A stretch of DNA of 64,000 bases, taken from positions 192,001-256,000 of the forward strand of contig CAWHBU010000003.1 of NCBI GenBank assembly GCA_963827685.1, in the 5' to 3' direction. How positions within the stretch are numbered: position 1 is the stretch's first letter; the number at the start of each line of letters is the position of its first letter. This document shows, piece after piece, positions 29,271-39,557 of the stretch. Made by a program: the position numbers and the translations under genes. The DNA is from an uncultured delta proteobacterium. GTDB taxonomy: Bacteria > Desulfobacterota > BSN033 > UBA1163. The notes beneath the pieces are model-generated. The model worked only from the letters and a program-made list of their open reading frames with translations. It was not told where the DNA came from and ran no database searches.

Positions 29271-30132
29271 ACAATCCCTGAGGCCTCAGTTCTAATACCA
29301 ACAGAAAGATGACCAGGCCGACAACTTCCATGTAGGGACCAACAAACAAGGTGCTGACCGACTCAACTGCTCCTAATAACACCCCGGCCACAAAAGCCCC
29401 TCCAATATTACCCAATCCGGCTAACACCACAACGATGAGGGCTTTCAGGGTCCACTCCAACCCCATGGCTGGATGAATGGCATAGCCTACGCTCACGATG
29501 GTGCCAGCCATCGCTGCCAGCGCAGCCCCTAAAGCAAAAGAGATCATGGAGGTCTTTTCAATATTGATCCCCATCAAAGCAGCAGACTCCCAATTCTCCG
29601 TGGTTGCCCGGATGGCCTTACCAAAATAGGTCTTGGTAAGAAACTGCTGGAGGGCAAGGATGACAATGCTGGCTAGGACCAACCCCGCTAAACGGATAAA
29701 GGGGAAGCGAAGTCCAAGTAAACTAAAACCCCATCCCGAATAGAAGACGCTCACACTCCTCTCATCGGCCGTCCAGAGTCGGATGGCAAGGTTGTGAAAG
29801 ACCAAAGAGAGGCCGAAACCAATAAGCAAGGAGTTTTTTATCTTCACCTCTTCATTAAGTTTAGCCAGTGGAGAAAAGAGCCCTTTATAAAGGCCCATTC
29901 CTATCAGGAAGAGAACGAATGCCGATGGAAGCAAAGAGAGAAAAGGATCAATATGATAGAGGGAGAAAAACCAAAAGGTCACATATCCTCCCAGCATCAG
30001 CAACTCACCGTGGGCAACATTTAACATCTTCATCACCCCGAAGACGAGGGAAAGCCCCACTGCTGCCAGCCCATAAAGGCCCCCAACGAAGATACCAAAA
30101 ATTAAACTCTGGGCGAACACTTGCAAATTCAT
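29251..30132 (-). CDS. livH: Branched-chain amino acid-type ABC permease
   Basis: GLSLVFGV, NVAHGE, RPQGLFG. Confidence 0.9.
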   Translation of the reverse strand: MNLQVFAQSLIFGIFVGGLYGLAAVGLSLVFGVMKMLNVAHGELLMLGGYVTFWFFSLYHIDPFLSLLPSAFVLFLIGMGLYKGLFSPLAKLNEEVKIKNSLLIGFGLSLVFHNLAIRLWTADERSVSVFYSGWGFSLLGLRFPFIRLAGLVLASIVILALQQFLTKTYFGKAIRATTENWESAALMGINIEKTSMISFALGAALAAMAGTIVSVGYAIHPAMGLEWTLKALIVVVLAGLGNIGGAFVAGVLLGAVESVSTLFVGPYMEVVGLVIFLLVLELRPQGLFGKRIG

Positions 30133-30145
30133 GGTTTATGATCTC

Positions 30146-30859
30146 TCAAACCGATTCCGTACCCAGATAAACCTCTCTGACATGCTGATCATTGAGCATG
30201 TTCCGGCTATCCCCGTGCTTCACAATGCGCCCATTTTCAATGACATAGGCACGCTTGGCCAATTGCAACGCTATGCGGACGTTCTGCTCGATCAGTAGGA
30301 TGGTTACCCCAGAGTGGTTAATTTGACCAATCACCTCATAAATAACCTTCGACAAGAGAGGGGAGAGTCCCCAAGAGGGTTCGTCAAAAAGGAGAAGTTT
30401 CGGTTTGGACATCAATCCTCTCCCGATGGCCAGCATCTGCTGTTCCCCTCCGCTCAGAGTCCCTGAGGCCTGTTTTTTTCTTGCTTTTAGGACGGGAAAA
30501 AGCTCATAAACCTGTGCAAGAGTTTCTTCCTTACAGTTACGGCCTTTGGCTGTAAAGGCTCCCAATTCCAAATTCTCTAAGGTGCTCATACCGGGAAAGA
30601 GTCCTCTTCCTTCAGGGACTAAACTGATTCCCATTTCCACTCTTTTATGGATAGGCACTTTCCCCATTGCCAACCCTTCAAACCTAATCTCTCCAGCAAA
30701 GGGCCTCAACAACCCGGTGATTGTCTTGAGGGTAGTCGTCTTCCCAGCACTATTGGGACCGATGAGCGCCACAATCTCCTCCTTTTTTACCTCAAAGAAG
30801 ACATCCCAAAGGACCTGAAGGTCCCCATAGGAGACATTTATCCTCTCTATCTCCAACAT
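30146..30859 (-). CDS. livF: Branched-chain amino acid-type ABC ATPase
   Basis: GPNSAGKTT, PEGRGLF, LSGGEQQM. Confidence 0.9.
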   Translation of the reverse strand: MLEIERINVSYGDLQVLWDVFFEVKKEEIVALIGPNSAGKTTTLKTITGLLRPFAGEIRFEGLAMGKVPIHKRVEMGISLVPEGRGLFPGMSTLENLELGAFTAKGRNCKEETLAQVYELFPVLKARKKQASGTLSGGEQQMLAIGRGLMSKPKLLLFDEPSWGLSPLLSKVIYEVIGQINHSGVTILLIEQNVRIALQLAKRAYVIENGRIVKHGDSRNMLNDQHVREVYLGTESV

Positions 30860-30863
30860 AGGA

Positions 30864-31583
30864 CTATTTCCCCAGGTAGGCCTCGATGACCAACTGATTT
30901 TTCACGACTTCTTTAGGTAAACCTTCAGCGATCTTTTCTCCGATATTGAGCGCCATGATCCGGTCAGAGATCCCTAAAACCGCCTTCATGATGTGTTCAA
31001 CCATAACTACCGTTATTCCAGAGCCCCTTATCTTTTTCACCAATTCCATCGCGATCTCTGTTTCAGCTGAATTCAGGCCTGCCATTAATTCATCCAACAA
31101 GAGTAATTGGGGATGTGCGGCCAAAGCCCTTGCCAATTCTAATCTCTTGCGCTCAGCCATGGTGAGTTGAGAGGCAACAACCTCTATCTTGTTCCCCAAG
31201 CCGACAAAGTTGAGGATTTCAACAACTTCTTCCTTAGCCTTTCTTAAGTTGCTCGCAGGATCTTTTCCGTAGGCACGGCCGACCATGACATTCTGGAGGG
31301 TTGTTAATTGATGAAAGGGCTTGACCAGTTGAAATATACGAGCGATTCCTTGCCTGCATATTTGATGGGGAGGAAGGCCCGTTATATCCTTCCCCATAAA
31401 AGTCACTTTCCCTGAGTTGGCTTTCAGGAAACCAGTAATGACATTAAAGAGAGTGGTCTTACCTGAACCATTGGGGCCAATGACACCAAATATCTCCCCC
31501 TCAAAAATCTCAAAATTCACATTACAGAGGGCCATTAATCCGCCAAAGGACTTAATTAATTTCGCTACCCGTAAAAGGAGCAT
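30864..31583 (-). CDS. livG: Branched-chain amino acid-type ABC ATPase
   Basis: GPNGSGKTT, DELMAGL, AYLG. Confidence 0.9.
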   Translation of the reverse strand: MLLLRVAKLIKSFGGLMALCNVNFEIFEGEIFGVIGPNGSGKTTLFNVITGFLKANSGKVTFMGKDITGLPPHQICRQGIARIFQLVKPFHQLTTLQNVMVGRAYGKDPASNLRKAKEEVVEILNFVGLGNKIEVVASQLTMAERKRLELARALAAHPQLLLLDELMAGLNSAETEIAMELVKKIRGSGITVVMVEHIMKAVLGISDRIMALNIGEKIAEGLPKEVVKNQLVIEAYLGK

Positions 31584-31654
31584 CTTAGACTACTTTCCTT
31601 GAGATTGAAGCTCGACGAAGATAATTGAACTGGAGAAAAATCTTTTTATTTAAC

Positions 31655-31688
31655 ATTGAAGCTCCCCGCCTGAGGGGGGAGCTTCAAT
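31655..31688. terminator. Hairpin downstream of the binding-protein gene
   Basis: ATTGAAGCTCCCC...GGGGAGCTTCAAT 13-bp stem. Confidence 0.6.
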
Positions 31689-31722
31689 AAAAGAAGACCC
31701 ACTTATCAGTTGTTAATGATGA

Positions 31723-32946
31723 TTACCTTTCAGACCATTTAGGCATGGGATAGATAAACGGAGCAGTGGCATATTGTTTTGGAAATATAACTTCTTGTTT
31801 CCCCTTTTGCCACTGGACAGAGAAAAAGATCACCACCCCTGTTCCGTCTGGTCGAAACTTAAGGGGACCTATCACGGTCATCATATTGGTAGCGGCAATC
31901 GCGTCTCTGATCTTTGTCCTGTCCAAGGTTCCTGCCTTTTCGATTGCATTAGCCAATATCTGAACGCAGGCATAGGCTGGCCCCGTGATCACATCTGCTG
32001 GCCGATTGAACTTCTTCATATGGCTTTCATTAAGTTCTTTGACTCCTGGGAATTTAAGCTTATTGTTCCATCCCGGACCTAAAACGACATAATCACCGTC
32101 TTTCCCTAACGCCTTCCCCCACGCCATCGGGTCAGGGGCACGATAAGCAAAGTAGAATTTGGGGCTGTAATCGAGTTCCTTCATCTGCTTGGTCATGGTA
32201 ATCCCCTCAGGAGTAGTGGGACCGGTGAGCAATACCTCAGAACCTTCTGCCTTGGCCGCCATGATAAGGGGTGAAAAATCTTTCATCTCTCGAGGTTGGT
32301 CTTTATAAAGAGGTTCTCCATAACCATGTTTGACAGATTCATCTTTCCACATATCACCCAACTCCATTCCGACAGGTGCCTTTTCCATGAAAATGGCCAC
32401 CTTTTTAGGTTTCTGTGCCGCTGGAATGGAATCGAGGAGTTCAAAGACTGCCTTGGCACAGTCAGGTGATTTGGGAAAGGGAGAAAAGTTATATTTATAT
32501 CCCTTCTGGTGGATGCTCCATAAATAACTAGCCACCATAAATAGGGGCACTTTATTCTTTTCGGCAATGGGAGCCTGTGCTGCATGGATGGGACTGGAAA
32601 ATCCGCCCAGGTAGGCCACCACATCATAAGTGGTATAAAGGGTTTCCATCCGGCTTACCGTCAGCGTCATATTCGATTCATCATCCAGGAGAACCAGTTC
32701 TAACGGAATTTTTTTCTTGAGCTCTTTAACAAAGACACCTCCCTTTTTGTTAATGTCCTCAATGGCAATCTCATATCCAGCCTTGCACATGGCCCCCCCG
32801 GATCCGAAGGGACCCGTCAGGGAACACGAAGACCCGACTTTAATGGTTTTAGGAGCCTGTTTGGCTGGAGCAGCAAAGCCCCAAGAAGAAAGACCCATTA
32901 CTAAAAAAATCCCTACAACTGCGATAATAGATACCTTCCTCATCAT
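31723..32946 (-). CDS. LivK-like ABC substrate-binding protein
   Basis: Signal peptide; SLTGP, INKKGG, DDES, VQWQ; GGAGGAG RBS before 32946. Confidence 0.88.
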   Translation of the reverse strand: MMRKVSIIAVVGIFLVMGLSSWGFAAPAKQAPKTIKVGSSCSLTGPFGSGGAMCKAGYEIAIEDINKKGGVFVKELKKKIPLELVLLDDESNMTLTVSRMETLYTTYDVVAYLGGFSSPIHAAQAPIAEKNKVPLFMVASYLWSIHQKGYKYNFSPFPKSPDCAKAVFELLDSIPAAQKPKKVAIFMEKAPVGMELGDMWKDESVKHGYGEPLYKDQPREMKDFSPLIMAAKAEGSEVLLTGPTTPEGITMTKQMKELDYSPKFYFAYRAPDPMAWGKALGKDGDYVVLGPGWNNKLKFPGVKELNESHMKKFNRPADVITGPAYACVQILANAIEKAGTLDRTKIRDAIAATNMMTVIGPLKFRPDGTGVVIFFSVQWQKGKQEVIFPKQYATAPFIYPMPKWSER

Positions 32947-33309
32947 ATTCTCCTCCTTTCTATCTTTTTCAACATCAATTAAATTTTTGTTCGGCAGCCT
33001 ATCCACTTTCTCTTCTCTCTGTATCTCATCCCTCCTCTGTTTGTATCCTTAAATTAAGCAAAGCATACTTTGAAATGAGAATGGAAGTCAAGCGAAAACC
33101 CCCAACCCTTCTCTAACGGACTTAGTCATGAACCGACTATTCCATTCTTGTTAAGTAAAATCGCCACTTCGAATATAGAATTTGGGCATCCCTTTCGGAC
33201 AAATGTTATAAGAAAATTCTCAGACTCAGACCTGTAACGATCTAAAAGCCCTTTCGCCTCTCTAAAAATGTTTCCCGCTGGAGGGTAGGGCTTTCGCCAG
33301 AGGGCGTAC

Positions 33310-33480
33310 TCACAAAAGAAGATCTGTTACATTGATTTCGAGCATCTTCACGGAGGCAAGAATCCGCTCGACATTCCGATCTACCGCCTGCATTCCTCCT
33401 GAAAGGACCTTCAACTCCTCGGCCGCCTTCTTAATGGCTTTAATCCGGGTATCCATTTTTTTCAACTCCTTTCGATCCAT
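33310..33480 (-). CDS. Small helical hypothetical protein
   Basis: MDRKELKK...AVDRNVERILASVKMLEIN; purine-rich RBS. Confidence 0.6.
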   Translation of the reverse strand: MDRKELKKMDTRIKAIKKAAEELKVLSGGMQAVDRNVERILASVKMLEINVTDLLL

Positions 33481-33567
33481 TCCATCCCCCCTTAACGCCC
33501 TAAATTCCAAAGCAATTGCAATCAGCTAAAATCGATGGTGATTGACCTGTAATTTGGTGCCTCCCCT

Positions 33568-34917
33568 TTATCCGTGCTGTCTCAGGTCCTTGAACCGCTT
33601 CGCCTTCACCTCATACCGGGGTAGTGAATGATACGGGTGGACCTCGATGTTATACCCCAGGTTCGTCTTCAACCGAAGCTGGTCCTTGAGCTGACCCAGA
33701 ATCGCTTCCCGATTTCCTTCCTCGTCCGGAAAAAGTTCGATCTTGAGCGTAATATCGTCCAAATCCCCCTTCTTCGTCACCAGCACCTCGAACTCATTGC
33801 CTAGCCCCTTAACCGAACGGACCACTTCTTCTATCGCGGATGGGGCTACCAGTACGCCTTTGATCTTCGTAATATCATCCGCCCTTCCCAGTACCCCTCC
33901 GTGAATGATGCGGAATGTTCTTCCACAGGGACAGGGTTCTTTCGACCATTCCGCCACATCCTTGGAATCGAATCGAATGCATGGTTGTGCGATCCGGTCA
34001 AGGGCAGTAATCACAAGCTTCCCTTTTCGACCGGGCTCTTCGATCAACTGCCCTGTTTCCAGATCCTCCAATTCCACCAGAAACAGCGCTTCGTTTATAT
34101 GAAGACCCCCAGGCTGCTCCACGCACTCAAAACCCCACGCCCCAATCTCCGTCGCCCCCACGTGATCGTACACCTTCGCCCCCCAGACCTCCTCCATCCT
34201 TCGCTTCGTTGATGGGATGCTCGCCCCGGGCTCCCCCGCACAGGTGATCTTCCGGATCGTCAGATCCTTGGCCGGATTGATCCCCAGCTTTTTGAGCGCC
34301 GTGTCCGCCATCCCCAGCACATACGTCGGCGTCGCCATCATCGCCGTGGCCCGTAGCTCTTGAATCTTCAACAGTCGTGCCTCCGTATCCAGGACCCCGC
34401 CGGGGATGACCTCACACCCCAGTTTTTCTGCTGCATAATGACCCGCCCAAAAGGCCACAAAAATATTATACCCAAACGGGAGGAAGACCCGGTCTGTTTT
34501 CCGATAACCTTGGGCATAAAGCAGGTATGCCCATGCCTCTGACCACCACTCCCAGTCCTGCCAGGTATCCGGCTGATAGATAGGCGTCCCTGTCGTCCCA
34601 GAGGTCTGACGAAACTCGGTGACTTCCTCCAGGGGCACGCAGAGGGCATCCCCGTACGGAAAGGGATCTTTCCTCTGGATATCCCTCATCATCGATTTCT
34701 CCACCTTCGGGACCTTGGCCACATCCTCATAGGTCTTGATATCTCCGGGCTTAAGACCCGCCTGCTGATAGAGCTTCCGGTGAAACCTCGACCTCTCGTA
34801 AGCCCATTCCAGAATCCTTTTGAACTTCTTGACCTGAAGGGCTCGCAACTTCTCCTGTGGCAGTGTCTCCACAACAGGATTCCAGTACCTTGCCGTCTCT
34901 TCAGGGAAGGTCTTCAT
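33568..34917 (-). CDS. paaK: Phenylacetate-CoA ligase family protein
   Basis: TSGTTG, ATPTY, AGEPG, GATE, GRADD, KAKRFKD. Confidence 0.85.
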   Translation of the reverse strand: MKTFPEETARYWNPVVETLPQEKLRALQVKKFKRILEWAYERSRFHRKLYQQAGLKPGDIKTYEDVAKVPKVEKSMMRDIQRKDPFPYGDALCVPLEEVTEFRQTSGTTGTPIYQPDTWQDWEWWSEAWAYLLYAQGYRKTDRVFLPFGYNIFVAFWAGHYAAEKLGCEVIPGGVLDTEARLLKIQELRATAMMATPTYVLGMADTALKKLGINPAKDLTIRKITCAGEPGASIPSTKRRMEEVWGAKVYDHVGATEIGAWGFECVEQPGGLHINEALFLVELEDLETGQLIEEPGRKGKLVITALDRIAQPCIRFDSKDVAEWSKEPCPCGRTFRIIHGGVLGRADDITKIKGVLVAPSAIEEVVRSVKGLGNEFEVLVTKKGDLDDITLKIELFPDEEGNREAILGQLKDQLRLKTNLGYNIEVHPYHSLPRYEVKAKRFKDLRQHG

Positions 34918-35099
34918 CTTGTCCCCTATTGATCGTATGACTTTTCTGATGGCTATTGAAGATGTTGAATGCCTGGTTCAGCCCCGTGAACAGACAGCTG
35001 TTTTAATAATTTTCTTAGCAAGTATACTGAGAACAAAAATTTTGTCAAGAAAAATCGGTGGGCAACATTCTAAAGAAGAATCAACGGGATAGAAAAAAT

Positions 35100-36161
35100 T
35101 TATTTGAAAACTGAAGAAGCAATAGCATCAACTCCCAATCGCTTTAACGCTTCACTATGCTGTTCTAAAGAGAATTTAATCCCTGCTATCAATTTCAAGG
35201 AGACCATCTTATTCTTTGGAAGTTCCTTCTCAAGAAGAAGCAGTGTGGTACTCAAACATTCCAAAATACCCTTCGTAAACTCTTTCTGCCCCGCTGTCCC
35301 TGAAAAGTGAATCACCCCATCCTTATATTCAAATTCACCGATAAATGGATCGAGGAAGGCGAATTCTTCTGATTTCTCTATGAGAGACTCCTTAAATACT
35401 TTATGGAATAGCCCTCTCCTTCTTGAGGCTTCATCCACCAACTTTTCTGCTTTGGAGAGGATATCTTGGAAAATCGGGATGAGTTCTTTCAGGTCACCTT
35501 CTCGCGGTGTCACTTTGACCTCTTTTATTTCCTCCTTTATTTCCTTTTTTATTTCTCTTCTCACAATTTTGGCCTGACTCCTGTAGACATCAAAAATGGC
35601 TCCTTGCTTGACGGCGTTTTCCACAAATATGGGGATTGACTTTCTACCAAAAACAGAAGGGCCGGATTCCGGAATGGTGAACATCTCAACAGGTTCTCCC
35701 CCTTCAACAAAGAGAACCCCCAAAATCTTTTTCTCTTTTGTCAGAACCTCGATGAAACCGTCATGCTTATCCTCCTTTAACTTTAAGAGGAGGCGGTCCA
35801 ATCGAGTAAAATCTGTAGATAATTCTTTAAAAAGAACTTCGTGTTGAAGATGGTTGGCGATGAGTGCCACCTGTTCGGGTAGAAATCGGTACACATTGAG
35901 GACCCCATTCTTTTGATTCGAGAAACTCAAAAAAGCTTGGATAGCTTCCTGTCCGATCATCCTTTCTGCGGTACTCTTTTCTTTTATCTCCGCGTTAAGA
36001 ATCTCTCCCGAATCAATGAAAATGGCCCCTTTCTTTTCGGGAAATTCAATTTCAACGATACCGCTGAAGCCCTCTGATTTGAGAGCGGACAAAAGGGCGG
36101 AAAGATCGGTATAGGCCGTTAATAAATTTTGGTGTTTAACTTCACCTTTTGGAAGGATCAT
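35100..36161 (-). CDS. Hypothetical protein with two DUF4388/PatA-N-like alpha/beta repeats
   Basis: LSALKSEGFSGIVEI...GAIFIDSGE repeated as LLKLKEDKHDGFIEV...GVLFVEGGE. Confidence 0.6.
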   Translation of the reverse strand: MILPKGEVKHQNLLTAYTDLSALLSALKSEGFSGIVEIEFPEKKGAIFIDSGEILNAEIKEKSTAERMIGQEAIQAFLSFSNQKNGVLNVYRFLPEQVALIANHLQHEVLFKELSTDFTRLDRLLLKLKEDKHDGFIEVLTKEKKILGVLFVEGGEPVEMFTIPESGPSVFGRKSIPIFVENAVKQGAIFDVYRSQAKIVRREIKKEIKEEIKEVKVTPREGDLKELIPIFQDILSKAEKLVDEASRRRGLFHKVFKESLIEKSEEFAFLDPFIGEFEYKDGVIHFSGTAGQKEFTKGILECLSTTLLLLEKELPKNKMVSLKLIAGIKFSLEQHSEALKRLGVDAIASSVFK

Positions 36162-36304
36162 GGCTTTCCCCTCTTTCTCTTTTTTTAACTCAGAAATCCC
36201 ATCTATCTCAGGAAAAAAGCGTTGATTTAACCTTTTGAGAGATAGGGAGCAATCTCGCTCTTATGTTCTCCTTTGGACAAGTCGTCCTCGATGCCAATCC
36301 TCTA

Positions 36305-37096
36305 TTACTTTCCAGAGGGAAGGAACTGCATCATCACCCTGATGAACTCCTTCTTCTGCAAATCACGAGGAATCTCCTCACCCAGCGCTTCAATAAAGGA
36401 TAGTGCCTGATCTTGGGGAAACGAAGCCCTGGTGTTTCCAAATTCATCCAGTTTATCATCAATGATGATAGAAGCCACCGGTCCCACTGCCTGTTTTAAT
36501 TCATTTTCCACCTTTAGAAAAAAGTTCTCACCGACCAACTTCTTTTCAATAGGTTTTTGACCTTCCACCCGCATCAATAATCCTAATTGGACAAGTTGGA
36601 AGATTGTCTTAGATGTTTTGAATTCATCCCAGTTGAGCATTCCAGCAATTTCTGAGACGGTTTTCGTCCCATTGCATAGGGCTACCACATTCCATTGCTC
36701 AGCATTGATATTCTTATTCTCTGGATTCTTCTGCATGGATAGGTGAAAAATCGTATTGGGAGAGGGAATTGACTCTTTAATCTTATCCCACTCCTGTTTT
36801 CGGTAAGACCAATTCAAAAGGAGTTGTTCGGTTGAAATGGAGATGGTTCTTTCTAAAGGAACTTCATCCGGTTCAAACGAAGCCCTTCCAACTTTTAATC
36901 CCATAAGGGTGAAGAAAGCATATTCTCCAACAGCATCATTCGTCTTTGCATGGGTGATATTCCCGAGCTCTAAATACAATTCTCCATCCTCTTTCCCCTT
37001 GAACATAATCTTTCCGGTCTTTTTACCACTAAAAAGGGGTTTAAGAATGTCAAAGAGTTTAACATGTGTAAGATCACCGAGAAATATTTCAGGCAT
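36305..37096 (-). CDS. DUF4388 (PatA-N-like) domain protein with winged-helix region
   Basis: GDL...LFDIL...KKTGKI...GELYLELGNITHA; EQWNVV..NG.KTVSEIA. Confidence 0.75.
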   Translation of the reverse strand: MPEIFLGDLTHVKLFDILKPLFSGKKTGKIMFKGKEDGELYLELGNITHAKTNDAVGEYAFFTLMGLKVGRASFEPDEVPLERTISISTEQLLLNWSYRKQEWDKIKESIPSPNTIFHLSMQKNPENKNINAEQWNVVALCNGTKTVSEIAGMLNWDEFKTSKTIFQLVQLGLLMRVEGQKPIEKKLVGENFFLKVENELKQAVGPVASIIIDDKLDEFGNTRASFPQDQALSFIEALGEEIPRDLQKKEFIRVMMQFLPSGK

Positions 37097-37223
37097 AGAA
37101 TCGCTCTAAAACTTTCTCTCTGGGATTAAGGACCCCCTCCACCCTTATCACAAAGGACGCATTTCTTCGTATAGAAGAAAGCTTATTCAGTAAATCATCA
37201 ATCCCTTAACTTCCGATATCTAT

Positions 37224-38342
37224 TTAAGTTCCCCTTCTCCGCAGCCTCTCGATGGATAAACGAATACTATCCTGCATACGGGAGATGGCGTCGGCCAAAT
37301 CTCCTATTTCATCCTTTGATGTGATTCCTACTTCTGCTTTCAATTCACCTAAGCTGATACGGTATGCTATGTCGGTCAGAGATTTGATTCTCCTCGTTAG
37401 TCTTTGGACATACAGTAACATGATGATACCGATAAGTAAGAGGGTACCCCCAAAAACCCCAACTACGATATTTCTCGTATCAAAAATCAGATTTTTTATA
37501 CGATTTCCAAGTATATTTACTGACAACATGAAATCATCTGTATTGGCAGTAGCCAGAATGCCGTAAGGCGTTTGTGCCACCGGCGAACAGGCTAATATTT
37601 TTTCCTTTAAAATACCGTTTTCATCCTTCGAGAGATAGAAATCGGATGCCACCCGATTCTCTCCGGTTGGTCCGATCGGCGTGATTTTCCCAAATTCGTC
37701 ATATTTATCCTTGCCCAATACGCCCTTGACCATAAGGCTGTTCAAGGATTGACCCTCTAAATCTTTGTTGCGGTTTATTAAGAAAGTACCTAAGGCCTCT
37801 TGCGTCTCAGGATCGTATCTGAGGTACATACTTGCCTCACCGGAGAACGACACCCGCTGAAAGATTATCTTTTTTAATGCGGGATCATTTTGTAAATCCT
37901 CTCTCTCCAATTCTGGGTGGCCTAAAAGATAAACTTCAACCTGATTGGCAATTGAGCTTGCCATTTGGTTCATATCATTCTTGGCCTTTTCAATGGCCGA
38001 TTGGACCGCCTCGTTGACGATGCTGTCGTTGGCTTTATTGATGTATCCGATGGTAAACGGCACAGCAAAAGCCAACATACAGATAGGAATAATAAAGAGA
38101 ATGAGGAATATTTTTCCCCTTAAACCAAGCCTTTTCTTCTTTAAACCAACCCCCTCCGATTTGGGGATGGAGACTTCTTCTTCGTCGATCTTTGGAAGAG
38201 ATGGGTTCAGAGTCTTAATTTTAGGTTTCGAAACCGTCATTATATTGTTGCAAGACGGACATTTAAACCTGGCCACCTCTCCTTCAATTTTTTCAGGGTC
38301 TATCTCGATTTTTTTTCGGCATTTCTCGCATATAGCTATCAT
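37224..38342 (-). CDS. Zn-ribbon - TM - periplasmic - TM - HAMP protein without output domain
   Basis: CEKC...CPSC, two TM helices, C-terminal DEIGDLADAISRM HAMP motif then stop. Confidence 0.8.
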   Translation of the reverse strand: MIAICEKCRKKIEIDPEKIEGEVARFKCPSCNNIMTVSKPKIKTLNPSLPKIDEEEVSIPKSEGVGLKKKRLGLRGKIFLILFIIPICMLAFAVPFTIGYINKANDSIVNEAVQSAIEKAKNDMNQMASSIANQVEVYLLGHPELEREDLQNDPALKKIIFQRVSFSGEASMYLRYDPETQEALGTFLINRNKDLEGQSLNSLMVKGVLGKDKYDEFGKITPIGPTGENRVASDFYLSKDENGILKEKILACSPVAQTPYGILATANTDDFMLSVNILGNRIKNLIFDTRNIVVGVFGGTLLLIGIIMLLYVQRLTRRIKSLTDIAYRISLGELKAEVGITSKDEIGDLADAISRMQDSIRLSIERLRRRGT

Positions 38343-38457
38343 AATTTTATCTCCCCTAATATTTTATTTTCTTAGATATTTCAACTGCAATGCCTCTTTT
38401 TCGCATGTCATAATTCAATAAATCATAATTCAATAAATCTATTTCGATTAATATTTG

Positions 38458-38474
38458 AGCAATTTCAGTGCCAA
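38458..38474 (-). promoter_or_regulatory. Sigma54 (-24/-12) promoter
   Basis: Minus strand TTGGCACTGAAATTGCT = TGGCAC-N5-TTGC, ~115 bp upstream of 38342. Confidence 0.7.
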
Positions 38475-38804
38475 AAATAACTTATCTGTATAATTATCTG
38501 ATTTTTAAGGATTTTTTGAAATATTGACAATTAGAGGAAAATGACAAATTTGACCTTTTTCGTCTAAATGGATCAAAAATTACCAGCCATTGAGAAAGTC
38601 CTTGCTTTTGGATGTCAGTCCCTGACTAATTTTTTTCCTTTTTTTTAACGATTCGGTTCCCGGAGCCTTATTGCGGTCCGGTTAGAAATAGCAGATCTAT
38701 GGATAATGCCGAAAAAACTGCACCTTTATGCATATTTATGCCAAGTGATTTATATATATGTTTTTTTCAAAAGTCAAGATAAATTTTAGAAAAATTTTGT
38801 GAAA

Positions 38805-39476
38805 TTAAGGAGTTATGACACAGAGGCTATCTATCATTCCCAGGAATGTCTTTTTGAAGACTTCATAAACTCTTTTTTCACTCCCTGAAATGGACTCCCT
38901 CTCCCACTCATTCCCTTTATCAGAGACCTTCATACCAAAAGAATTAGCATCCTTCGAATATCGGATGGAAACAGCACTCTCGCCCTGATAGAGGAATAGA
39001 AATTGTCCTTGAAGAGCCCAAAGGGAGGAAATGACAAGCCCTTTCTTCACGATGGGTTGAAGGGATGGAGCGTCAGGGTTCCATGCCATTAATTGAATTA
39101 AATAATCTACTTCCAATTCTCCCTTCTTCACCTTCCCTTTTGAATACAATCTTTTGTCTGTATAGGGTCTCAGGGGCGCTGCAGTCATTGGCCCGGCCTG
39201 AGGGTTAGTCTTATCTGCGATCTGAAGGATGAGCATCTCCTCAACCTGTTTCTCCTTAGTTTTAACAAGAAAATAGACACGGGTGAGCGAACTCTCTCTT
39301 GGATTTTCATGTGAAATAGAATATACGAGATTAAGTTCAGAAGGTAATGTTAAGGTAAAAAGCGGTTTCTGGGAGACTAATTTCATCCCTTGAACCTCTA
39401 AGTCCTTTTGGGCAGCACTGGCAAGGACCCCTGTGGCTAGGATTAAACAGAATAATGCAACAATAATTTTTCTCAT
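38805..39476 (-). CDS. Exported hypothetical protein
   Basis: Signal peptide MRKIIVALFCLILATGVLASA; no motif recognised. Confidence 0.65.
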   Translation of the reverse strand: MRKIIVALFCLILATGVLASAAQKDLEVQGMKLVSQKPLFTLTLPSELNLVYSISHENPRESSLTRVYFLVKTKEKQVEEMLILQIADKTNPQAGPMTAAPLRPYTDKRLYSKGKVKKGELEVDYLIQLMAWNPDAPSLQPIVKKGLVISSLWALQGQFLFLYQGESAVSIRYSKDANSFGMKVSDKGNEWERESISGSEKRVYEVFKKTFLGMIDSLCVITP

Positions 39477-39557
39477 TGTTTGTTCTTCCATGGGAATGGG
39501 GGTTAGAGATTAGGATTCAGTAAATCCCAAAAATCCAATCCCCAACCCCGTGAGAAA

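Noticed and set aside
38728-38744. Second sigma54-like motif TGGCATAAATATGCA
   Set aside because: GG-to-GC spacing is 9 nt rather than the required 10.
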